In this document: positions 24,319-37,420 of the stretch, one piece after another
Layout: every line of letters begins with the position of its first letter
Numbering within the stretch: position 1 is the first letter of the stretch
DNA from: Macrostomum hystrix
Taxonomy: Eukaryota > Animalia > Platyhelminthes
Length of the DNA stretch: 64,000 bases
Reading direction: 5' to 3'
Assembly (NCBI GenBank): GCA_950097015.1
Contig: CATNEN010000005.1
Location: 3,100,001 to 3,164,000, forward strand
Program-made: the position numbers and the translations under genes
The notes under the pieces: generated by a model
What the model was told of the DNA's origin: nothing
What the model saw: only the letters and a program-made list of their open reading frames with translations
The model's database searches: none

Positions 24319-26422
24319 ATGAATCTGCTATTTAGTCGAATGGTTGATTTCGTGGCTTTCAATCTGGTCAATACTGTTGGGCTCTTCGACATGTTTTTTG
24401 TGCCAATGGTTGCCAGCAAATTTGGTTTCGCCAAATTCTTCGGAGCGTACTGGATGGTGTTGATTATCTTCGGAATTCCTGCATTTACATCCGAGTCAGC
24501 TTACCTCATGCCGGAACAGGCGGAGAATCGAAGTCCAGCTGCCAAGAAGTGGCTGTGCTGCTACCAGCTCATTGCTCTGATGCAGCTGTCACAGTCAGCC
24601 ATGAGCCAAGCTATCAACAAAGTGATCATAGCAGTCTCAAGTTATTACGTTTCATTGGCACACGATTCGAGAGCCAACAAGCTGCTGCATTTTTATTCGC
24701 CAAACTGTCGCTTGAAAGATTCAAACAGCTCTAGCAATGGCACGTCTATGACCGTCGTGCTGAAATCACACGAGACTCCCGATGAAAACGAACTGATTCT
24801 GCCTTCCTGTCTGACTCGAACCCGAAGCGAGGTAGCTTGCATCGTCCATTCGCTGTTCAGCGATCCGGAGAAAATCCTGTTCTACAGCAGCATAATGCTG
24901 GTTGTCATCATCATTTCCTACGCGCTGCTCTTTGGTCGTTCGCTATCAACCTACGGAACAATCGGTCGCCTCTACATCTCACTGATGGTTCTGTGTGCCA
25001 TCACCTTGCTGCTGCACTTCTTTGGCAGGAACAGAAAAGCATTATCTGAAACAGCTGAACAAAGAGATTTTGATGGCTTGCTGATGACCAGTGTGATCTA
25101 CTGTACTCATAGCCTCACCCTTATTAGCTTCACTACCAGTTCTATCGGTGCTTTGGCAAACACGACAATTAAAAGAAACTACATCTTAATTTCTATTGCC
25201 ATCTGTTTCATTGACACATTCATTGCCATGGCATTCACTGGACTTGACTATTTGCGTGACGCAGCAGTCCAAGGCCTCTGCAACAGAGATAACAGCGAAG
25301 TCTTTATTGATATGGAGAGCTTTATGTCAATGCCGGATGTGTCCTCTGAAATGATAAGCAATGATCAAAGTAAATTTTCTGAATATGCACTGCTAGGTTT
25401 ACTGAAGATAAGCGAGTCCGTGCTGATGTTTCACCACACAAGTGGTTCAGTCCCATGGATTGTTTTTCTACCATTCAAGGTTAGTCTATTGTGCTTACTA
25501 ATATATAATGCTCAGAATCAATGCTCATATAATCAAATAACTTTGCATTACAAACAGGCACTTCACTTGATGTTCAGCATACTGATGGCCTGCTTCGGAT
25601 TCATACTTACTGATATCCACACGAGTCGCGTGTTGCCGCGGAGCACAAGTTTTCTGATGTGTCTGATAGTTTTGAGATTTGGAGTTGTTGCAGCCAACAT
25701 TCTGCTGAGAATGATTGGCCAGCTGGACTATTTGGAATCCTACATGCTTATTAGTACACAAATTTCATTCCTGCTGGTGAAGATAACAGACTGCATTATA
25801 ATCCACAAGAATCAAGTAAGTTTTCTCATATATAGAACAAAATTTCTCATGAAAATTTCAAATCACTCGATAAAAAATACGATTCCGTGACAAGCTGCGT
25901 TCTAACAGATCAGTTTTAAAGCCAAACAACGACCCATAATCTACGCGAGTCAAACAATAATTTTTACTGCCTCCATGACTCAATAATATTGCGTGCAACT
26001 CATTGAAGACCTAATTGATCAGTAGTCATTAAAATGTCGTCTGATCATGAGGTTGTGAGGCTAAATAAATGCATATATGATTGATATATTCATTACATTG
26101 ATAATAACGATAAAATTAAGCCACCAATTAGTCAAAATCCTGACCGTCATTGGTCCATACTTCGCAGGGCTTCTCCGCGCACATCAACGAGCGACGCAGC
26201 CTCCTGTCGAAGGACAACAAGCTGCAGTTGTTTCTATACGATTGGTACATTGCACCGCTTTCGCTGGTTCTATATCACGTTGGCTATCCTATATTATTAG
26301 CGCTTCTATTGATGTTCTATGCATCTTTTGAGAACAAGATTAGCTTCAGCTTGGGTGTCTACTTCCTGTCGTTCAATCTGCTGCCAATATCTCTGATTGT
26401 TATATACGTATACTATAACTAA
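24319..26422 (+). CDS. Highly divergent SLC6/sodium:neurotransmitter symporter-like membrane protein, join(24319..25815,26168..26422), ~583 aa
   Basis: Many hydrophobic segments; N-terminus NTVGLFDMFFVP..G..F..Y..LIIFGIPAFTSE aligns with SLC6 TM1-TM2 (AVGLGNxWRFP..GGGAF.IPY..L...GIP.F.LE); donor caa|gtaagt at 25815 and acceptor cgcag| at 26167 are in phase 0; exon 2 supplies two further TM-like segments. Confidence 0.72.
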
Positions 26423-26859
26423 AGCGATAGATTTTAGAAGAGCTAATGCTTTGATTAAAAGGTTTAATTGGAGTATGACGCACCTTGGGTCTCGAGGACT
26501 GAATTATATCCCAGAAATGCGATTCCATACTAACGGCGAGAAAAAACATTGTTAAAAGTATATTTCTGATTATCTTGACTATGTAATTTTTTGTTATAGA
26601 ATGCGAATCTGAATGTGGACGTGGGTGATTGGCAGAGCGATTAAAATGTTAACTCTTGCACTAAGGTTTGTAAGGTACATTGCACTAATCTATGCTGCAG
26701 AAGGTCACCTAATGATGTTCCAGTGCCCACGGCCACACAGGCGTTCTGAAAGTATCAGACACGTTTATTTATTGCTTAAAATTTATTATGCATTAAAAGC
26801 GTGCATTAAATGAAAATTGCGTGTATTAAAAGCTGTAAGTCAATGAGCGACCCACGTGT

Positions 26860-28206
26860 CAGTGGCGGCGCAGGGGGGGCGGGGGGGGCGGGCTGCCCCC
26901 GGGTGACCACCCCTCACCACCCTCAGGGGTGACCACCCACTTAAAAAAAATTGGTACTTTACCATATTTTTTCAAAAGTGTGGTCACCCCATGGGGCATG
27001 GGGTGACCATTTTCAACGTCCTTCAAAACGCTTTTCAACGGAGAGGATTGGGTCTTGACTCAACTAAGGTTCGTGTTGTTGGGCTTGAGCGCTTTTTGAA
27101 TCAGTCACGAGAAGATGTTGTCAGTGATGCAGTCCATGAGGCAGAGTCCCTCTGTGAGAAAATGGGGGTCACGATGGAGAAACGCATGCCACGACGAAAG
27201 AGGATGCCAGGAGAGAACGCCAAGGATGCGGGCTTGACCCCAAAGGAAGAAATTCGAAGGCAATTACTATCATCCCATGACAGGTTGTGTCAGGAGCTTT
27301 CTTCCAGATTTGACGCCATCAAATCGACCTGCGATATTTTCTGCCTCATTGACGTCCTCTTCACAAAAAGAAACATTGGAGAGGAGGTGGAAAAAGTTGT
27401 AGAGACCTTCCCCAAGGATATCTCTAAAGACCTTGAGGTCGAAGTTCATCGACTCCGAAGATTGGTGCCTAGCGAGATCAATGAGAAGTCCACTGCAGAG
27501 GAAGTGCTACAATGGGCTCTCAGGATGGAGCTACAGGATGTCCTGCCTAACCTCATTGTGCTGTTGCGCCTGTTTTTGACCTCGGCTGTGTCTGTTGCAT
27601 CCTGCGAAAGAAGCTTTTCAAAGCTGAAGCTCATCAAGAGTTACCTACGGTCAACCATGTCTCAAGCTCGGCTTGATGGTCTCTCCATCCTTTCCATTGA
27701 GCAGGAAGAGGCCAAAGCTCTGGACTTCAGCAAAATCATCAATACCTTTGCCAAAAAGAAGTCCCGCCTTGGTGCACTCTAGTTCAAGTAGTATGTCGCA
27801 CTCGCAGTTGCTGAAAACTGAAATATTTCTGTCCATCAAGTCAACCTGGATCCGATCATCTGTTGGCCCAACCGTCCAAGAGATCGCCTGCACTTGTCAG
27901 GCTCAATGGGAGTGGCCATGGCCCGTGGAACCGCCTCAACTGAGGGCATGAAGATCATACGATGGAACCTGTAGGACAATCATTGGGTCATCTGAAGACT
28001 GAAGGTATTTGATTGTCTGTAAAAGTATTTTTACTATGTGCTTGAAAGTATTTACATAATTTCATTGAATTATTGAAGAGTTAAGGATCTTAGATCAACT
28101 TTATTGATAATTTTTTTTTATACATTTTTCTGGGGGTGACCACCCAGCCGGGGGGGGTGACCACCCAACCACCGCCCCCCCAGCTGGAGGTCCTGCGCCG
28201 CCACTG
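26860..28206 (+). mobile_element. Internally deleted hAT DNA transposon (1347 bp)
   Basis: 15-bp TIR CAGTGGCGGCGCAGG/CCTGCGCCGCCACTG, perfect 8-bp TSD CCACGTGT (26852-59, 28207-14), subterminal GGGTGACCACCC repeats at both ends. Confidence 0.95.
26991..27782 (+). pseudogene. C-terminal fragment of hAT transposase (dimerisation domain, ZMYM1/Charlie-like)
   Basis: LPNLIVLLRLFLTSAVSVASCERSFSKLKLIKSYLRSTMSQARLDGLSILSIE is the hAT C-terminal signature; the N-terminal catalytic portion is absent. Confidence 0.88.
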
Positions 28207-29036
28207 CCACGTGTCGTTTAATGTACGCTTTTAATGCATAGTCTAGGGTCGCGACTCCAGAATTGAATCGTTATTTCAATTTTTAGCCAGTCGAGAATAA
28301 AGTCAATCTCGTTGAGAATCCCGATTTTAGCAGTCCCTAAAATGAATTAAAATAAAATCCGACTGCTTATTTTATTGACAGTTATTGGGCTCATTCTTTG
28401 CCAGGAGCGCCTATAGTCTATTGTTTAAAGTGCTATAATTCCAGGACCATCAAATCATTTGATGGGCTCCAAATTGAAGACCATCAAATGATTTGCTGGT
28501 CCCGAAATGAAAGCAGTTTGAACCATAGACTAAACAGATCTAATAAAAAGTGTATTTAAATGCAACAAAAATAACAGGAATTATATACGGTATAACGAAG
28601 CAACAAAAAGACAATTTTCTAGCAAACTAACTATAGGCAATTGCTAGGAATATATAGGAAACATATTTAGTTTCTTTCAATAATAGGCAGTGCATTAAAC
28701 GTTTAAGAAACTCACTTAAACTGAATTTTTAGCTCGATCAATGATGATAGCCTTGACATCGTGGTCAGTAATAGACAGTATTGTCGCTTTCAAATTCTTT
28801 TTCCATCGCAGTGTGGTTTAAGTGAAAGCTACAAAAGAAAGTAATTCGGATTTCGTCTAGCTAATACTGTCTTAATTTATGGAAAATTTGTCTATGGTTC
28901 CATGTGGGGGCTTTGCCCCCACGCCCCCAGTCGGGGCTTTGCCCTGACACTCCCGATGGCTGCACCGCGTTCGGCGGGGCTCAAGAGGAAAATAAGCAAA
29001 GCAAAACAAAAATAAGCAATTCGGATTTCATATAAG

Positions 29037-29177
29037 ATCACGGTAGTTTAATGCGCATTCTATGGTAAAAAGTCCTCGGCCACACTTAATGGTCCTCGGC
29101 TCGCTTCGCTTGCCTCGTGACCATCAAATGCAGCCTCGGAATTCTAACCCTAGAATGCGCATTTAAACATCCATGAT
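29037..29177. mobile_element. Small MITE-like inverted repeat (~140 bp)
   Basis: ATCACGGTAGTTTAATGCGCATTCTA versus TAGAATGCGCATTTAAACATCCATGAT. Confidence 0.55.
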
Positions 29178-30867
29178 ATAATACTTTATCTCCACTTAAT
29201 TGACGTTTCTTGAATGCTTAATCAGGCTCTTCTTTTCCAAGGGAATTTCTTCGTCTATGGTAGTTATTTATGTTCAATCCAAAGAGTATTGAGGTCGCCT
29301 AGTAAAGAGTGCCAATAATGACGAAAATCTGAAGCCGATTTTTAGAATCCACCCACCCCCTCCGGTCACCAAGCTTTTTAGTCTATGGCACAAGTTGTGG
29401 CTAGAATGGTGTGCAAAGCCAATGCTCAAAAATACGAGTATATACATAGAAAAATACAAGTAGCTTATGTAGCTGGATGAATACCATGTATGCTTAAAAC
29501 GTCCTCAAGACTTTATTTCTGTATCTATACTGTAACCGTACGTACATTGATTGCTTTGTGTAAGGAGAAAAGAAGTTGAGCAGGATAAACAGGCAGAGTG
29601 AAGGTGCAGCAGTGTAATACTATAGCATGGTTTCCGAGGTCTTTAATGTCATGGCCGATCGGCGCGAAGCCATTTATCCGATGCCAGTGTTGTGGCGCAG
29701 GTCTTTCGCAAAGACTGATTAATAAAGCTCTGGCTCCTGCATGGGTGATTTATGTATATCGCATGTGCATCGCAATTGTTTTACAATGTTCTATTGATGC
29801 AGTTTTTTTAACTTTAACGAAAGGTCTTGGATTTTTTGCGGCAAAGGAAAAGCTTTTGCTAATTAAATTCGATTAATTAGTTAACGAAGTAGAAAATATT
29901 CTACTCTAATTAATTCTGCCCGCCGGCTACCACTATGAGTTAGCCTTACGGATACCTTAGCGGGCCGGGCTTAGCTAAGATAGTTTGGGCGGTATTAATA
30001 GGAATGCGATCCTTGTACAACCATTATTTCACGACAGCAGTAATTAGGGCCGAGAGAAAATAGAAATGAGTAGAGCATGAGTTTCAGATTTCTTAGCAGG
30101 TATTGGTAGTGGTACCGCCTTTCAAGCTTTAGTCAGATTAGGTTTTTCAAGCTTAATAAAACAGCTTTGGAATTTAGCTCTCGTCGTCGAAGCTCAATGC
30201 GTGCTTTTTTAGTTCGTGTCGTCCATGCGCAGCGCTGTCTCCCTCCCTCCGTTTGCCGGTGCTGGCCATATAGCGTAGTTTTCGATGCTTATTCTTAATT
30301 GCCCAACAAGCCTGGCACGTAAACCAGACGTGGCAAGAACTGAAAAAGAAACAAGATCAAAGCGATATTTATAAAAGATAAAAATCCGTACTTGTCCTTT
30401 CAATACACAGTGCGCCGCCGGCCGGCCTTGCTTCTCTGACTTGTTTTCCGTCCATGACCAACAACCCCCGCCTAGGGCGTGGCAAGAGTTAGTGAGTAGT
30501 GAGTGTACATTTACTGGACTGTACATTTGGTTTGAAATCTCTCTCTATTCCAAGCCAAACGGCAGGGGTTTATACAAGATGTACGGAGGGGTATAGAGAG
30601 TGGGCCAGACTGAAAATGAAGGCATGAAATCTAGCCGTGCGTCACGAGGCCCACCAACAGAGTTTAGGAGGGTCCTGACTAAAATTCCGCTTCTATTGAG
30701 TTTCGAATTTGCTGCGAGAGAAGAAAATTGCGACGCCTATTTAGCTCGAACTAGCGACTAACAAAAAATACAGAAGACTAAAATCCTTCATTTTATAGAA
30801 CATCTATGCATTGGTAAGGCTCTTTTAGCAATCATTCTAAGAAAACAAGCGAGCAGTTCAGACAAAC

Positions 30868-32074
30868 ATGCCAGTGCCACCTAGCAACAAGTCAAGCGAC
30901 CTACTTGACAATGACGAGAACAGTCTGGTGTTCAGTCTGCTGGGTCCCAAGTGCGTCACCATGGCAACCACGGTCGCCCAGATGTACTTCGCCAAGGACA
31001 ACGGCTGGCATCATAAGGGCACGGGCGTTCTGTGCTTTGTTCGGGACGCGAATCTGCGCTCATTTTTCTTGCGCTTCTACGATTTGGAGCAGAGACGAAT
31101 GTCGTTTGAGCAGGAAATCTACCGCAACATGAACTACGACAATCGATACAACTTCTTTCACCAGGTGAGTAAATGAGATTAATGAACTATTGCCACATCA
31201 CACAACACTCGAAGACAAAGTTATCCCATTCTCCACCACCCAGTTCGAGGCAGACCAATGCGTCGTCGGCTTCAATTTCGTCGACGACGACCGTGGACAA
31301 GACGAAGCGCACGAGCTAGTCCAGGTGTTGAAAGAGAAGGTGCAGAAGATGTCACCTCCGCAAGGGGGTAGACAACAGGAGCTCCAAACCGCTCCTGTAA
31401 TCATCGGCCACCATGTCAACACCGTGGGAGGCACTTTGCCATCTCCGATGTCCACTTTGACGTCGAATACAGGCAAGAAGGCCACAGGCAAGTCCGGAGG
31501 CAGAATAGACAAAGGCAAAGGCAACGCCGGTAAGGGTAAGATTCGCCGCGAGGACATCGGTATGCCGACCAACTTTCGTCACGTGCAGCACGTCGGCTAC
31601 GACAATCTTGAAGTCGACGGTGGTCAGATCCAGCGACTAGAAATCTCGGAAGATCCAGCGCTGAAGTTCCTCTTTGGTGCCATTGGTGAGGACTTTGAGA
31701 AGACCATGCAGAGCAGGAACGGCACTCGTAAGGTTGAGAAGCTGGTCACTAGGATGGGTGGCATGGATCGCATTCGGCAGATGGCCACGGAGGTGGGCTA
31801 TGCTCCGCCGCCAAGTCAGCCGCCGCAGCCGCCGCCTCCTCCGCGTGCGGCGCCGCAGCAGCCACGCGGACCGCCGCCGGCGCCACCGCCGCTGGCGACA
31901 GGTGGCAGAACTGCACCCCCGCCACCACCGCCGCCGCCGCCATCGCGGCAGGCCGGTGTTTTGCCGCAGCCGCCACAGGCGCCGCCGCCGCCACAGGCGC
32001 CGCCGCCGCCAGTTCCGCAGGCTCCGAGGCCAACATACAGCGGAGGCAGCTCCGCTCCTCCACCACCGCCACCC

Positions 32075-32106
<32 letters not shown>

Positions 32107-32464
32107 TCCGCCGCCGCCGCCGCCGCCGCCGCCGCCTCCGAGCTCTGGATCGCTGCGTCCGGCGCCAACTAGTTGTGAGTCGCCGGCTCCGACTGCCTCG
32201 CCAACCAGCGGCGGCGGCGGCGAACAGCGCAGCTTCCTGTCCGACATTCGCGCATTCAAAAAGGAGAAGCTGCGTAACGCAGCCACAGACTCCAAGCCCG
32301 AGTCGTCTGCTGTTGCGGCGGCCTCTGGCGGAGGCGCGGCAGGAGGCGGCGCGCAAGACATGCTGAGCGCGTTGAAAGCAGCCATGCGAGACATCAACAA
32401 GGGCGTACAGGGCAACGATTCCGATAGCGAAGACGATGACGACGAAGAGTGGGATGATGATTGA
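30868..32464 (+). CDS. WASL: WASP/N-WASP, join(30868..31164,31244..32464), ~505 aa
   Basis: WH1 domain (LLGPKCVTMATTVAQMY..W..GVLCFVRD..SFFLRFY..FEQEIY..FFHQFEAD), basic region, CRIB IGMPTNFRHVQHVG, polyproline, WH2 RSFLSDIRAFKKEKLR, C helix, acidic DDDEEWDDD; intron cag|gtgagt..cccag| phase 0. Confidence 0.95.
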
Positions 32465-34244
32465 GGATTTCACTGATTGGTTGATCATCAATTCATTCAA
32501 ATCTTCCTGCATGAACTGTGGCTTCAAGGCAGATAAAATGATCACTTGAACTTCTGTTGGCTGTGGTCTTACGTTAAGTCTCACCTGGATGATCCCTTTA
32601 TAATTTTATACCGAAAAATGATTTACAATGATAAACTTTTGATTGCGCTAAACTTTTTGATATGATAATAGGGTATGTTTTTAAACCAGGTTACAACTCA
32701 ATTTTAAAGCCTTTTGTTTGTGGCGGTGTATTGCAAAATATGTGAAAGTAAATACAGAGGATGGATCTATTAGTGATTATACAGAAATTGTTTATTAGTA
32801 AGGTGTGACGTTTTGCCAATAAAAGATTATGACTTACCCTTGGAAGAGTTATATTTGCCAAATCTGACATTGAATTTATGCGCTGTTCTTATTTGTTTTA
32901 AACGCTACTCTGAGTAGAAGTGCTAGTAAAAAGAACCGTAAACAACGATGTCAAACAAAAAATATCGCCAAGTCAATCGCAACTATAAATAGTCGCTCCG
33001 GAATGAAATTTGGCGGGGCGGTCCGGAGTGGCTGGGTTACCCCAATAAACAGCAACAGCAACAACAGCAGCAACAAAGCAGCAGCAGCAACAAACCCAGC
33101 CGCACTAACTTGACCGCTCTTTTGCCACGTAACAACGTATGTCGTAACATATAAAAAAGGTTATTTGCTGTGGTCACCTTTAATGATCATTTTAAATCTA
33201 CGACTACTATTTTTCTATCGGTTTATTTTTCCTGGGTGACAAAGATGCAGTAGTAGATCCTCAAATTTGTCTTAATTAATTTCGTGTTAATGCTACATGT
33301 ACAGCATTAATTTGCGAAAGCGTGTTTTGACTACAAAAAATATATATTTGCAAGAATTTGTGGATATTAGGTTCGAATCCTGACTTTGTCAACAATTTCC
33401 GAAATCGAATTTTAAGCGTCGCTCAGAATAGGGAGGCAATCTGGAGCCAGTAAGTACGTCATGAATACGCGCTGCGTGAGAATCCACGAACTGTTCCACT
33501 GGCTGTGTGAAATACTAAACATTTAGCCATTTTGTCATATGTATTTCACAACATATCGGATGCTTCTTGCTATTAGTAAAGTTCATAAAGTTCATAAAAT
33601 CTAACATTGCTGTTCTCAATAGCCTGAAGGCATGAAAACCAAGTTCAAATCTTCATGTAGGAGGTTTTATAGAATGAATTGATGATAAGATAATTAAAAA
33701 GTTTATAGTTGAAGATATAAAACTAGGATCGATGTTCCTGAAGTCTACTATGAGTAGACTAATAGTAATTAGGGAAACTATAATTATTCGAGTAAATAAT
33801 TAAGTCAGAAAATGTTAATGGCGTTCAAAAAAGTTAAACAATCCGGTACTATTCAGCTACGAGTACTTTTGATAAGAAAAGCAACGCGTTTTGTTTATTT
33901 GCATAATTTTCGTGAATTGAAATATAATCAATAGATCTGTGAGCTGAAGAGGCCTTAGTATTTAGAGATACAGAAAAATGACGCAAGGCAATATAACAAT
34001 ATACATTTTTACAGGACAAAAACTTAATGTAAAAAGGCATTAGTAGAAATATAACATAAGAGTTCTTAAAAGCCACGAAAAAAATTACTTATTAAATTTA
34101 CGATGGCCATTTTGCAACTAATAACACTGAGATTCTACAAGGCCATTTTTAATGAGGAAGGTCAGGCTTGCTTTATTTATTGAGCTTAATTTTATGGTAG
34201 TAGGCCGAAATATAGTTTTTAACGGTATATCTGACTCATTGTGT

Positions 34245-35150
34245 TCATGGGATCACGGCTGGGATTATCCAACTCATTGGGATCGTGGGATTATCCAACT
34301 CATTGGGATCGTGGGATTATCCAACTCATTGGGATCGTGGGATTATCCAACTCATTGGGATCGTGGGATTATCCAACTCATTGGGATCGTGGGATTATCC
34401 AACTCATAGGGATCGTGGGACTATCCAACTCATAGGGATCGTGGGACTATCCAACTCATAGGGATCATGGGATTATCCAACTCATAGGGATCGTGGGATT
34501 ATCCAACCCATTGGGATCGTGGGATTATCCAACTCATTGGATCGTGGGATTATCCAACCCATTGGGATCGTGGGACTATCCAACTCATTGGGATCGTGGG
34601 ATTATCCAACTCATTGGGATCGTGGGATTATCCAACTCATAGGGATCGTGGGACTATCCAACTCATAGGGATCGTGGGACTATCCAACTCATAGGGATCA
34701 TGGGATTATCCAACTCATAGGGATCGTGGGATTATCCAACCCATTGGGATCGTGGGATTATCCAACTCATTGGATCGTGGGATTATCCAACCCATTGGGA
34801 TCGTGGGACTATCCAACTCATTGGGATCGTGGGATTATCCAACTCATTGGGATCGTGGGATTATCCAACCCATTGGGATCGTGGGATTATCCAACTCATT
34901 GGATCGTGGGATTATCCAACCCATTGGGATCGTGGGACTATCCAACTCATTGGGATCGTGGGATTATCCAACTCATTGGGATCGTGGGATTATCCAACTC
35001 ATAGGGATCGTGGGACTATCCAACTCATAGGGATCGTGGGACTATCCAACCCATTGGGATCGTGGGATTATCCAACTCATTGGATCGTGGGATTATCCAA
35101 CCCATTGGATCGTGGGACTATCCAACTCATAGGGATCATGGGATTCAGTG
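34245..35150. repeat. Minisatellite, 25/26-bp unit TTGGGATCGTGGGATTATCCAACTCA
   Basis: Tandem array without unique spacers. Confidence 0.95.
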
Positions 35151-35489
35151 CTGGGATTATTGAACTGATAGGGATAATAGATTCAATGTTGATTGGGATA
35201 AATAGATCTAGTTAAGCGACAATAAAGCAGACAGGTTTTAAATTTCGCATATATTAAAGTTTTATATCAAATTTAAGCGGAGAAAACGCGATATAAAAGA
35301 ATAAAAAAAACTTAATTAAACTTCAATTGTCAATTGACTAACTATAACCTGACCTAGATATAAAAAACAATGCCTATTACTACGAATTAGTAAAGATTCG
35401 TACTTTACGAGACATAACTACGGTACATTGTGTTTGAGTTTAGCTCGTAGAAACTGGTTAGTAAAATAAGGAAATAATTTAATAGAAAG

Positions 35490-36821
35490 TCACCAGGCAG
35501 AATAAGAGAATCCGTCATTGTCGCGGAATACCAGAAAGAAGCCCAGAATGGTTAGAAACATGACCGTATTGCCAGACAGTACTAGCGCGCAGGCGCCCCA
35601 TTTGATAGCCGGATTGCCTATTGGTGTGCGAGCTAGAACAATGGGCAGGCAGTAGGCGGATACAACTAGAGCGGATGTGACAAAGATGGCAGTTTCCCAG
35701 GCAGCGCCAGATGTTGAGTTCGCATCCGAAATTCTCTTAGCTAGCAGGTAGGGCACCGGCGCCAGCAGGTAGAATATTAGCACAAACATTGGCCACCACA
35801 TGCTGCGGGCGGAGACGGTGATGGCTCAGACAGGTGAGGCACATACCGGTTGTTGATGGATCAGACAGGTGAGGCACATACCGGTTGTTGATGGATCAGA
35901 CAGGTTGGGCAGATGCCGGTTGTTGATGGATCAGACAGGTGAGGCACATACCGGTTGTTGATGGATCAGACAGGTGAGGCACATACCGGTTGTTGATGGA
36001 TCAGACAGGTGAGGCACATACCGGTTGTTGATGGATCAGACAGGTGAGGCAGATGCCGGTTGTTGATGGATCAGACAGGTTGGGCAGATGCCGGTTGTTG
36101 ATGGATCAGACAGGTGAGGCACATACCGGTTGTTGATGGATCAGACAGGTGAGGCACATACCGGTTGTTGATGGATCAGACAGGTGAGGCACATACCGGT
36201 TGTTGATGGATCAGACAGGTGAGGCACATACCGGTTGTTGATGGATCAGACAGGTGAGGCAGATGCCGGTTGTTGATGGATCAGACAGGTGAGGCACATA
36301 CCGGTTGTTGATGGATCAGACAGGTTGGGCAGATGCCGGTTGTTGATGGATCAGACAGGTGAGGCACATACCGGTTGTTGATGGATCAGACAGGTGAGGC
36401 ACATACCGGTTGTTGATGGATCAGACAGGTGAGGCACATACCGGTTGTTGATGGATCAGACAGGTGAGGCAGATGCCGGTTGTTGATGGATCAGACAGGT
36501 GAGGCACATACCGGTTGTTGATGGATCAGACAGGTGAGGCACATATCGGTTGTTGATGGATCAGACAGGGGAGGCAGATACCGGTTGTTGATTGATCAGA
36601 AAGCAGACAGAACTTACCCGTACTGTGGCAGAGCGCAGGCCAGCAGTAGGAAGGTGAGGCCGATAGAAGCAGCAAAGGAGAGAAGAATGATTCCTGTAAT
36701 TGAGAAATAAACTAATACGACTAATTAGTGGTATCAAAAAAACAAGGAGAGTCTCGCACAACAAAAATAAGCAATTCAATATTTTTATGTACTTAAACTG
36801 ACCTTTAACTCCGGCACCCAT
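35490..36821 (-). CDS. LEPROTL1: LEPROT/LEPROTL1 (Vps55/endospanin), complement(join(35490..35802,36618..36693,36803..36821)), ~135 aa
   Basis: Exons give MGAGVKG|IILLSFAASIGLTFLLLACALPQYG|MWWPMFVLIFYLLAPVPY..IKWGACALVLSGNTVMF.TILGFFLVF; canonical splice sites with matching phases. Confidence 0.93.
35825..36605. repeat. Minisatellite, 35-bp unit, filling LEPROT intron 2
   Basis: TCAGACAGGTGAGGCACATACCGGTTGTTGATGGA tandem array. Confidence 0.96.
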
Positions 36822-36952
36822 TTTGTTATCGATCGATGTCTTAAGCACTTCTTCAGCTATACTGAAATATAATATATACAGACTATTGGCATTTGCATCA
36901 TTTAATTTTTCGGGGAAAAAAAACTATTTTATAAAAGAAAAATATTAAGCAC

Positions 36953-37420
36953 TGGATTCTTCAGGTAATAGTATGCGGAACTTCAGGGAAGAGCAATAGA
37001 TTCTTCAGGGAATAGCGATAGATTCTTCAGGGAATAGCGATAGATTCTTCGGGGAATAGCAACCGCTTTTTCAGGGAATAGCAATAGATTCTTCGAGGAA
37101 TAGCAACCGCTTTTTCAGGGAATAGCAACCGCTTTTTCAGGGAATAGCAACCGCTTTTTCAGGGAATAGCAACCGCTTTTTCAGGGAATAGCGATAGATT
37201 CTTCGGGGAATAGCAACCGCTTTTTCAGGGAATAGCGATAGATTCTTCGGGGAATAGCAACCGCTTTTTCAGGGAATAGCAATCGCTTCTTCAGGAAAGA
37301 GCAATAGATTTTTCAGAGAATAGCTAGTGATTCTTCAGGGAATAGCTAGCCATTCTTCAGGGAATAGCTACTGATTATTCAGGGAATAGTGGGCGGTTCT
37401 TCGGGGAAAAGCAGGCGACT
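36953..37420. repeat. Degenerate ~22-bp minisatellite (GATTCTTCAGGGAATAGC..); related short copy at ~40520-40740
   Basis: Tandem array; marks the 3' edge of each WASP-like duplication unit. Confidence 0.88.

Larger units (their letters stand above)
26787..28240. mobile_element. ~100-bp mini-MITE (24-bp inverted ends) split by the hAT insertion
   Basis: TATGCATTAAAAGCGTGCATTAAA 26787-26810 versus TTTAATGTACGCTTTTAATGCATA 28217-28240, 1 mismatch. Confidence 0.6.

Noticed and set aside
28520-28900. Possible MITE bounded by GAACCATAGAC/GTCTATGGTTC
   Set aside because: Only an 11-bp inverted match and no TSD; left uncalled
33370-33398. Isolated B-box GGTTCGAATCC, possible third SINE copy
   Set aside because: No A-box or CORE-like body; too short to support
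34245-35150. CRISPR-like appearance of 25-35-bp repeats (also 35825-36605)
   Set aside because: Units are directly adjacent with no unique spacers, there are no cas genes, and the context is eukaryotic
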